In this document: positions 19,775 to 26,760 of the stretch, one piece after another | Layout: the number at the start of each line of letters is the position of its first letter | Numbering within the stretch: the stretch's first letter is position 1 | Source: an uncultured Planctomycetia bacterium | Lineage (GTDB): Bacteria; Omnitrophota; Gorgyraeia; Duberdicusellales; 4484-171 | Assembly (NCBI GenBank): GCA_964590995.1 | Contig: CAZPYY010000001.1 | Span: 762-64,761 of the forward strand | Length of the DNA: 64,000 bases | Direction of reading: 5' to 3' | The notes under the pieces: model-generated | Database searches by the model: none | The model's input: the letters and a program-made list of their open reading frames with translations, nothing else | What the model was told of the DNA's origin: nothing | Translations under genes and position numbers: made by a program

Positions 19775-21188
19775 TAGGTAACGGTTTAAGGAGAGGAAAG
19801 AGAATTACGTCCCTTATCGAAGGTTGATTAAGCAGGAGCATTACCAGCCTATCCATGCCTATTCCCAAACCAGCAGCTGGAGGCATGCCATATTCTAAGC
19901 TAAGTAAGAAGTCATTATCGATCTTCTTGGGTAGCTCCTCTTCTACTTCTAATTGTTTATTAAAACGTGCTTTTTGCTCGAGGGGATCATTTAACTCTGA
20001 GTAGGCATTAGCGACCTCAAGCCCTCCAATAAATAATTCAAACCTCTCCACTATATAAGGATTATCTTTCTTCTGCTTAGCTAAAGGAGAAGTCCAGCTA
20101 AATTGATCAGTAATAAACGCTGGCTTACCTGCAGGATAGTTCTTCTCAATCAGCTCCTCAGTTATATTAAGAATTTGGCTGCGGCTTAGGCCTTTAGCTA
20201 ATTTTAGCTTCTTACTTATCTTATCCAACATTACATCCTGAGAGTCACTCATCCTTATACCAAATTCCTTATCGAAAAGCTTGGCAAAAGAAATCCTCTG
20301 CCAAGGTGGAGTAAGATCTATTTTTTTGCCTTGAAATTCTAAGATTGGCGAAGAGTTCATCTCTTGAGCCAGATGTAAGAATAAATCTTCACAGACCTTC
20401 ATCATATACTCATAATTCTCATAAGCGCAATATGCTTCAAGCATAGTAAATTCAGGATTATGCCGCCTAGAAACCCCTTCATTACGAAAACTTCTGTTTA
20501 TCTCATATACTTTTTCCAAACCTCCGACTAAAAGACGCTTTAAGTAAAGCTCGGGAGCAATTCTAAGATAAACATCGCTATTAGTAGTATTATGAAAGGT
20601 TGCAAAAGGCCGGCCAGCTGCCCCGCCGGCAATCCGATGCAACATTGGAGTCTCAACCTCCAAATACTTAAGACGGTCAAAGAAATCTCTAGTTAAAGAG
20701 ATTATCTTTGAACGCTTCATAAAAACTTCTTTAACTTCGGGGTTAGAGATTAAATCAAGATAGCGTTGACGATACCTTACCTCTACATCCTTTAGCCCAT
20801 GCCACTTCTCAGGTAGAGGTCTGAGAGCCTTAGCTAGAAGTTTTATTTCACTAACCAATAGTGTTGACTCATTGGTACGGGTAGTAAATAGCTTACCCTT
20901 AACGCCAATAATATCTCCGATATCCATTTCCTTGAAAAGCTGGAAAAGACCACCCAAAGTATTGACCTGGGCATAAATCTGTATTTTTCCGGTATGATCG
21001 CTGATATGAGCGAAACCGGATTTACCATGCTCACGCTTGGTAACCAGCCTTCCGGCAACTGAAACCTCTTTCTCCTTTTCAAAAGAATCTAAGATCTCCT
21101 TGATAGTCAAAGGCTTAGGAAAATCAGTCACCTTGAAAGGGGAACCAAACTTCTCGGAAATTTTCTTTAGTTTTTCTTCTGCTTCCAT
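19764..21188 (-). CDS. lysS: lysyl-tRNA synthetase (class II)
   Basis: 474 aa; N-terminal OB anticodon-binding domain; class II motifs (FRNEG, GLGIGMDRLVMLL); 11-bp overlap with the permease gene. Confidence 0.9.
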   Translation of the reverse strand: MEAEEKLKKISEKFGSPFKVTDFPKPLTIKEILDSFEKEKEVSVAGRLVTKREHGKSGFAHISDHTGKIQIYAQVNTLGGLFQLFKEMDIGDIIGVKGKLFTTRTNESTLLVSEIKLLAKALRPLPEKWHGLKDVEVRYRQRYLDLISNPEVKEVFMKRSKIISLTRDFFDRLKYLEVETPMLHRIAGGAAGRPFATFHNTTNSDVYLRIAPELYLKRLLVGGLEKVYEINRSFRNEGVSRRHNPEFTMLEAYCAYENYEYMMKVCEDLFLHLAQEMNSSPILEFQGKKIDLTPPWQRISFAKLFDKEFGIRMSDSQDVMLDKISKKLKLAKGLSRSQILNITEELIEKNYPAGKPAFITDQFSWTSPLAKQKKDNPYIVERFELFIGGLEVANAYSELNDPLEQKARFNKQLEVEEELPKKIDNDFLLSLEYGMPPAAGLGIGMDRLVMLLLNQPSIRDVILFPLLKPLPNDT

Positions 21189-21196
21189 AACTTATA

Positions 21197-21225
21197 GATT
21201 ATATATAATATATCTATTACTGTCA
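21197..21225 (-). promoter_or_regulatory. consensus sigma70-type promoter TTGACA-N17-TATAAT on the minus strand immediately upstream of lysS
   Basis: minus-strand reading 21225->21197 gives ttgaca gtaatagatatattata tataat; the -10 ends only 8 nt before the lysS ATG (21188), implying a near-leaderless transcript or an internal start. Confidence 0.4.
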
Positions 21226-21248
21226 AATTAAATCCCTGCTTACCCATA

Positions 21249-22160
21249 TTATTCTTTAAATAAATGACAATAAACAAAATGGCCGGGTTCGACCTCTTTT
21301 CTTACACATTCCTGCTTACATTCAGGTTTTTTGAATCGACAGCGCGAGAGAAAAGGACAACCGCCAAGGTGGTCAATACCCTCTTTTAAGTATTTTAGCT
21401 TCTGCTGAGAAGCTTCCTTTAGTAATTTAGTATAAGGATGAAGGGGATTATTATAGATCAAATCCCGGGGGCCATATTCGGTGATTTTGCCCCGGTACAT
21501 AATAAAACAGTAGCGGGATATCTTCTTTAATAATTTAAGGTTATGGGAGATAAACAGAAAAGTTACTTCTAACTCATTCTGCAACTTAATTAATAGCTTC
21601 ATAATTTTAGAAGCTGTTGTAACATCCAGGCTCGATGTCGGCTCATCAAGAATCACTAACCGCGGCCGGTTAATAAGACTGCGGGCAATACAGACCCTCT
21701 GAATTTGTCCGCCACTTAGCTGATGCGGTATTCTTTCCATTACATCTTCCTCTAATTCTACCTCTGCTAAAGCTTTTTTAATAAGCTCGCTGCTCTCAGA
21801 TTTCTTTATTTTTTTAAAGACCCTTAAAGCCTCATATAAAGAATAAAATATAGTATAGCGGGGATCAAGGCTGGCAAAAGGATTTTGAAAAACAATCTGG
21901 ATATTCTTTCGTACAACTTTCTGGTTTTCTTTTAAAGTTATATTCTTATCGTTAAAATAAATACTTCCTTCTTTAGGTTGATAGAACCCAAGAATAGTTT
22001 TGGCTAGGGTAGTCTTACCGCAGCCGCTCTCACCGGCCAAAGAAGTTACTAACCCCTTTTTTAAGAAGAGATCTACCCCATCTAAAGCCTTAATAGTCTT
22101 GCCCTTCTGCAAGAAATATACCTTTAGGTTTTTTGTACTTAGAATCTTATTATTTTCCAT
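21249..22160 (-). CDS. oppF: oligopeptide/dipeptide ABC transporter ATP-binding protein (OppF-like)
   Basis: 303 aa; Walker A GESGCGKTT; signature LSGGQIQRVCIARSL; C-terminal oligopeptide-transporter extension containing Cys residues. Confidence 0.8.
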   Translation of the reverse strand: MENNKILSTKNLKVYFLQKGKTIKALDGVDLFLKKGLVTSLAGESGCGKTTLAKTILGFYQPKEGSIYFNDKNITLKENQKVVRKNIQIVFQNPFASLDPRYTIFYSLYEALRVFKKIKKSESSELIKKALAEVELEEDVMERIPHQLSGGQIQRVCIARSLINRPRLVILDEPTSSLDVTTASKIMKLLIKLQNELEVTFLFISHNLKLLKKISRYCFIMYRGKITEYGPRDLIYNNPLHPYTKLLKEASQQKLKYLKEGIDHLGGCPFLSRCRFKKPECKQECVRKEVEPGHFVYCHLFKE

Positions 22161-22164
22161 TACT

Positions 22165-22950
22165 TTATCCTTCTAACTGAGAAAATGAGTCTAATAAACT
22201 TTTAGTATAATCATCTTCGGGGTTTGCAAATAACTCCTCGCTGCTCTTTATCTCTCTGGCCTGGCCCTGATAAAGAACTACCACCCGATCACATAAGGCC
22301 TTTACCAAATCAAGGTTGTGAGTGATAAAAATTATAGTTAGTTTAAGTTTATCTCTTAGCTCTTTAAACAAATGGATAATCTGGCTCTCAATAGTTACAT
22401 CCAAAGAGCTTGTCGGCTCATCAGCAATTAATAGAGTTGGTTTTAAAGCTATGGCTACGGCAATAGCTACTCTCTGCAATTGCCCGCCACTTAATTGATG
22501 GGGGTAACTCTTTAATATTCTCTCCGGTTCCCTCACTCTAGCTTTTTCCAAAGAATCAAAAATAATTTTATTTATCTGGCTCTTACTCTTTATATTTAAT
22601 TTGCTTTGCAGAATCTCTTGGAATTGATATTTTATACTTAAGACCGGATTAAAGGTACTGGCTGGCTCTTGAAAGATTAAGCCAATTTGATTTCCTCTTA
22701 AGATTTCTGATTCTCTCTCTTTTGCCTTAAAGATGTTTTTGTCTTTAAAGATTATCCGGCCTTGGCTTTTAGAATCAGGGGGAAGAAGATTTAAGATTGA
22801 AAGAGCAAGGGTGCTCTTTCCGCTGCCGGATTCACCGACTATACCTAGAATCTCACCCTCTTCAATTCCCCAGTTGGCCTTCTTTAAGGCATCGACGTAT
22901 TTAGCTCTGCTCCTATAAGAGACGCTTAAATCTTTTACCTCTAAAATCAT
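22165..22950 (-). CDS. oppD: oligopeptide/dipeptide ABC transporter ATP-binding protein (OppD-like)
   Basis: 261 aa; Walker A GESGSGKST; signature LSGGQLQRVAIAVAI. Confidence 0.8.
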   Translation of the reverse strand: MILEVKDLSVSYRSRAKYVDALKKANWGIEEGEILGIVGESGSGKSTLALSILNLLPPDSKSQGRIIFKDKNIFKAKERESEILRGNQIGLIFQEPASTFNPVLSIKYQFQEILQSKLNIKSKSQINKIIFDSLEKARVREPERILKSYPHQLSGGQLQRVAIAVAIALKPTLLIADEPTSSLDVTIESQIIHLFKELRDKLKLTIIFITHNLDLVKALCDRVVVLYQGQAREIKSSEELFANPEDDYTKSLLDSFSQLEG

Positions 22951-24002
22951 AGTATTCTTCTTTTGGGGTCCAAGATATCCCTTAGGGTATCTCCCAGCAT
23001 ATTAAAACAAATAACCGTAACTACGATAAATAATCCCGGAATTAAAATCCAGGGAAAGAGGCGAATATTTACTATGCCCATAGCTGAACTTAGTAGATTC
23101 CCCCAGCTTGCTTCTGGCTCCTGAATTCCTAAACCAATAAGGCTTAAACCGGCCTCACCTAAGATATAAGCTGGGATACGCAAGACTATAGCTACTAAAG
23201 CATAAGAGAGAGTATGGGGAAGAATATGGCGGATAATTATTTTAAAGTGACTAAGGCCCATTGCTTTGGCAGCATAAACATATTCATTCTCACGCAAGGA
23301 TATAGCCATACCGCGGATAATACGAGCAGTAGCCGCCCAGCCAATAAACGAAAGGATAACTATAATTAAAATATAGACTTGGGTCGAAGTTAAATTAGGA
23401 GGAAATGAGGCCCGTAGAGCTAACATAAGATAAAAAGAAGGGATCATCATTACCATCTCACAAATACGCATAGTAAAGTTATCTACTCTTCCTCCAAAGT
23501 ATCCGGATAGACCTCCGATGATTAAACCAATGAATAAAGATATGGCCGCACCAATTAATCCTATCGAGAGTGAAATTCTTCCTCCATAAAGAATACGGGT
23601 GAAGATATCCCGCCCTTTTAAATCTGCTCCTAGAAGATAAATTTTGCCTTCCCCTACACCGAATAAATGCCGATCACTCTCCCAGAGTCCTAAAAACTTA
23701 TACTTAAACCCCTTAGTAAAGAACTTAATCGGGTAAATTTTACTCTTATCTTCCTGATAAATTCTCTGATAGTACTCATTAATCTCATAGGTCTGTCCAT
23801 AAATGAAGGGCCTGAATTGTTTCTCCTCAAGGTTTAGGAAATGTATCTTTGTCGGCGGTGTATAGGAGTGCAGGATATCATCGTCATCGTAGGCATAAGG
23901 AGCAAAGAAAGGAGCAAAAATCACTGAAAAATAAAGCAAAATCAAGACAAAAAAGGCTATCCGGCCCAGTTTATTCTTGATAATTTCTTTTAAAATCCTC
24001 AT
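22947..24002 (-). CDS. oppC: oligopeptide ABC transporter permease (OppC-like)
   Basis: 351 aa polytopic; N-terminal extension typical of OppC/DppC; 4-bp overlap with oppD. Confidence 0.8.
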   Translation of the reverse strand: MRILKEIIKNKLGRIAFFVLILLYFSVIFAPFFAPYAYDDDDILHSYTPPTKIHFLNLEEKQFRPFIYGQTYEINEYYQRIYQEDKSKIYPIKFFTKGFKYKFLGLWESDRHLFGVGEGKIYLLGADLKGRDIFTRILYGGRISLSIGLIGAAISLFIGLIIGGLSGYFGGRVDNFTMRICEMVMMIPSFYLMLALRASFPPNLTSTQVYILIIVILSFIGWAATARIIRGMAISLRENEYVYAAKAMGLSHFKIIIRHILPHTLSYALVAIVLRIPAYILGEAGLSLIGLGIQEPEASWGNLLSSAMGIVNIRLFPWILIPGLFIVVTVICFNMLGDTLRDILDPKRRIL

Positions 24003-24005
24003 AGT

Positions 24006-24986
24006 TTAAGTCTTCTCGTATCTTATTCTCGGGTCAAAGTAAGCTAGAAGAATATCGGCAACTAAATTACCTAAGATAAGTAAAGCTCCTCCGGCTAAAA
24101 CTGAACCCATAACTAAATATATATCTTGGGAACGTACAGCCTCTAAGGTTACTACCCCTAAACCTGGCCAGCCAATAATAATCTCAACCAAAGCAGCGCC
24201 ACTTAAAAGAGCTGAGAATTGATAACCAAAAATAGTGATCATCGGGTTTAGAGCATTCTTTAAGGCGTGAACATAAAGAATTCTCACCTTAGGAAGCCCT
24301 CTAGCTTTTGCTCCTAAGATATAAGGAGAACCTAAGACCTCCAGGAGATTTGCCCTCATTATTCTCTGGAGAACACAAATACTTCCCAATGAGAGAACTA
24401 GGGTAGGGATGATTAGGTGCTTTCCAATATCAATTATCTTATTGAGAAGGCTGAATTCCTCGAATCTTATCGAGCGCATCCCTCCTAGAGGAAGCCAGCC
24501 GGTAAAAGTAGCCAGATAGAGAAATATAAAGGCCAAAAAGAAAGAAGGAGCAGATATACCCAAATAAGAAGTAAAAGATAAAAACCGATCAGTAAATTTA
24601 TTTCGCTTTAGGGCAGCAATTACCCCTAGGGGAATAACAAATATCCAGGTAAAGATAAGTGATGATAATGAGAGTATAAAGGTATTAAAGAGGCGGGATG
24701 AGACAACATCAAAGACTTTAGCCTTAAAAGAAAACGAATAGCCAAAATCCCCTTTTAGGATATTTTTTAACCATACAAAGTATTGGACCATGAGAGGCTT
24801 ATCAAGATGGAATTTTTGCTCATATAGCTCAATGGCATCTTGGGAAACTTGGGGATTTAGCCTTAATTTGTCTAAGAAATCTCCGGGGGCAATCTGAATA
24901 AAAAGAAATGTAAGGAAGGTTATTCCTAAGAGTAAGGGCAAAGAAAAAACTAGTCGCTTTAAGATAAAACGGCCCATAAAAAACAA
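24006..24986 (-). CDS. oppB: oligopeptide ABC transporter permease (OppB-like)
   Basis: 326 aa polytopic with ABC-permease EAA-type loop; first gene of a BCDF operon. No OppA-like binding-protein gene is adjacent. Confidence 0.8.
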   Translation of the reverse strand: MFFMGRFILKRLVFSLPLLLGITFLTFLFIQIAPGDFLDKLRLNPQVSQDAIELYEQKFHLDKPLMVQYFVWLKNILKGDFGYSFSFKAKVFDVVSSRLFNTFILSLSSLIFTWIFVIPLGVIAALKRNKFTDRFLSFTSYLGISAPSFFLAFIFLYLATFTGWLPLGGMRSIRFEEFSLLNKIIDIGKHLIIPTLVLSLGSICVLQRIMRANLLEVLGSPYILGAKARGLPKVRILYVHALKNALNPMITIFGYQFSALLSGAALVEIIIGWPGLGVVTLEAVRSQDIYLVMGSVLAGGALLILGNLVADILLAYFDPRIRYEKT

Positions 24987-25072
24987 CAGAACTCTTTAAT
25001 CTATGTAATCTTTTCTAAAATCTGAGTAATCAACGGTCTCTGGTACACCTTTAGAAGTCTTTCGGAGACCGT

Positions 25073-25375
25073 TTATATAACCACTACTAGAGGGAAGATC
25101 GCCGGTTTATGAAACTCTACTCCTGCTTGCCACTCATCAGGGGTTTTACTGCACCAGCGTACAATCCCTTTCAATAGCAGAGATTTATCTGTCTTAGTAC
25201 AAAGGTTTATGCGTAAATGGGTACCTTTAGGTAAGTTTTCGGCACTAGCTAACCCTGCTCCGGCTGCACCTATGTCATGGCATTTGATTCCCATAGGTGT
25301 ATTAGTGTTACCCACACATGAGCCTAAAACAGCGCAAGGATACCTTTCGAATGTTCTTCTTTCTCTAACCATCAA
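25073..25375 (-). CDS. PilZ-domain protein (putative c-di-GMP receptor)
   Basis: 100 aa; RRTFER (RxxxR) and DIGAAGAG (D.S..G-like) PilZ motifs. Confidence 0.55.
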   Translation of the reverse strand: MMVRERRTFERYPCAVLGSCVGNTNTPMGIKCHDIGAAGAGLASAENLPKGTHLRINLCTKTDKSLLLKGIVRWCSKTPDEWQAGVEFHKPAIFPLVVVI

Positions 25376-25451
25376 ATACCACCTCTCTTATTTTATCACA
25401 GTTCATCTTTTTTTCTACCCCTTATTGAGGTTTAATCTCTAATCTCTTCAC

Positions 25452-25480
25452 TGGCAAGATAAAATTTAGCTATCTTGCCA
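25452..25480. other. perfect 10-bp inverted repeat with 9-nt spacer (tggcaagata-aaatttagc-tatcttgcca) overlapping the stop codon of the PilZ gene
   Basis: seen directly; followed on the + strand by a T-rich run (aaattttctttctc); function (terminator or protein-binding palindrome) undetermined. Confidence 0.35.
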
Positions 25481-25873
25481 CCAAATTTTCTTTCTCAGCT
25501 GGTCACCGAAGTTACTATCGAGGTATGAAATAATTCTTGCTCTATCTATATCCCTTATCTTGGTAAATAAAATACCGCAAGAAGGAGTAGTTTCTGTTCG
25601 TTTTGTCCAAACTACCTTACCTAAAGCATCAATCTCACTGGGCTCCCCGGGAATATGAATAGTTAACTTTACCTCCTCTCCGGCCAAAGGAACGCTTGGC
25701 GAACTTATCCTAGCTCCTCTTAAACTTAAATCCAGTAGCCTTGCTTCCCAGACTTTATTGGAATTTACAAAGGTATAATCCAGAGGTATATCTACTTCCC
25801 AACGATGCCCCATTCTTGTCTGTTCTCCTCTCTCCTCTCCTCTTTCTTCCCTTCTCTCTTCCATCTCCCTCAC
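25466..25873 (-). CDS. PilZ-domain protein (putative c-di-GMP receptor)
   Basis: 135 aa; N-terminal EERREERGEERGE repeat (encoded by a CT-rich microsatellite) supplying RxxxR motifs; DLSLRGARI (D.S..G) motif; the true start may be the internal Met at MGHRWEV. Confidence 0.6.
   Translation of the reverse strand: MREMEERREERGEERGEQTRMGHRWEVDIPLDYTFVNSNKVWEARLLDLSLRGARISSPSVPLAGEEVKLTIHIPGEPSEIDALGKVVWTKRTETTPSCGILFTKIRDIDRARIISYLDSNFGDQLRKKIWWQDS
25815..25870. repeat. CT-rich (CTCTCC)n-like microsatellite inside the 5' end of the PilZ gene
   Basis: 'ctctcctctctcctctcctctttcttcccttctctcttcc' encodes the Glu/Arg repeat; potential slippage-prone tract. Confidence 0.4.
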
Positions 25874-25901
25874 CTCTCACTTGCCCGGTTGAGGACTGTC
25901 C

Positions 25902-26417
25902 TCAACCGCTCTTCTGCCCACCCCGGGGGTGTACATTTTTGGTTTCTTTTAAAAATACACGCCCAGCTCTAGAGATGTTAAGCATATGAATTATGTAGAT
26001 GCGGATAGCTAATACTATCAATATTGTAATGCCTGTATGCGCCCACAAGCCAAACCATGAATCGGTTACTAGAAGTTTCTTTACTGAGATTGAGTATATT
26101 GGCCACCAAATATTTATTATAGGTATAGTAAATAAATTCCACCAAGCTAAAATAATAGCTAATGTTCTAGCGAAATTAAATCTTAATAGAAGCAGAAGAA
26201 TTCCGATAAAGAAAGTAATTACACTTAGCATCGCTAAATAATTACGATAAGCATCTAAAAGGAAATAGATTTCTGAAGGTGTAGACTCCATTGTAGTTAC
26301 TCCTATGAGTAATTCCCAAACACCTGAAATTAAGTGGAAAATTGCTATTGCTACAACATGACAATTTGCCCGGTTTTTTGATAATTGTTTTGTCATCTTC
26401 TTTTTCTTTTTATTCAT
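25902..26417 (-). CDS. small integral membrane protein (4 predicted TM helices), translationally coupled to the giant gene
   Basis: 171 aa; poly-Lys N-terminus; four hydrophobic helices; GGAGGG Shine-Dalgarno sits in the 15-bp gap after the giant ORF stop (26433). Confidence 0.5.
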   Translation of the reverse strand: MNKKKKKMTKQLSKNRANCHVVAIAIFHLISGVWELLIGVTTMESTPSEIYFLLDAYRNYLAMLSVITFFIGILLLLLRFNFARTLAIILAWWNLFTIPIINIWWPIYSISVKKLLVTDSWFGLWAHTGITILIVLAIRIYIIHMLNISRAGRVFLKETKNVHPRGGQKSG

Positions 26418-26432
26418 GCGACCCTCCTCAAA

Positions 26433-26760
26433 TTAATATTTAGGTATCGACGGTATATGTATCGGTGGTGGAGTATACACTGGCGGCATATCAATATTCA
26501 CAGGGAATTGCGGCTTAAATGGGTCTCTGTAATTAGGTGTCGGCGGTATATACACTGGTGGTGGATTATATACCGGCGGCGTATAATGATTATTCATCAT
26601 CTGCTGATATACCGGATTCGTTTTTATCTCCGGCGGAGGGTTGTAAATTCTGTTTATGTTTGGAAATTGGCGCATAGTGTTAGGGCCACGGTAATTCCTA
26701 ATAGTATCTATTAGCGGTGTTTTTGGTACATTAAACTGTTGTAAATCCCGCTGAAGCTGT
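26433..26760 (-). repeat. coding low-complexity Pro/Tyr-rich tail (PPVY/NPPP repeats) at the C-terminus of the giant protein
   Basis: protein ends ...YTPPVYNPPPVYIPPTPNYRDPFKPQFPVNIDMPPVYTPPPIHIPSIPKY; DNA shows reiterated ggcggtata[tc]ac units. Confidence 0.7.

Noticed and set aside
1228-22918. Small antisense or alternate-frame ORFs inside housekeeping genes (1228..1437, 2681..2869, 3455..3688, 4435..4626, 5367..5549, 6055..6297, 8335..8760, 13210..13431, 18110..18340, 20843..21082, 22733..22918, etc.)
   Set aside because: Each is fully embedded in a well-supported conserved gene on the other strand or frame. No independent evidence supports them.
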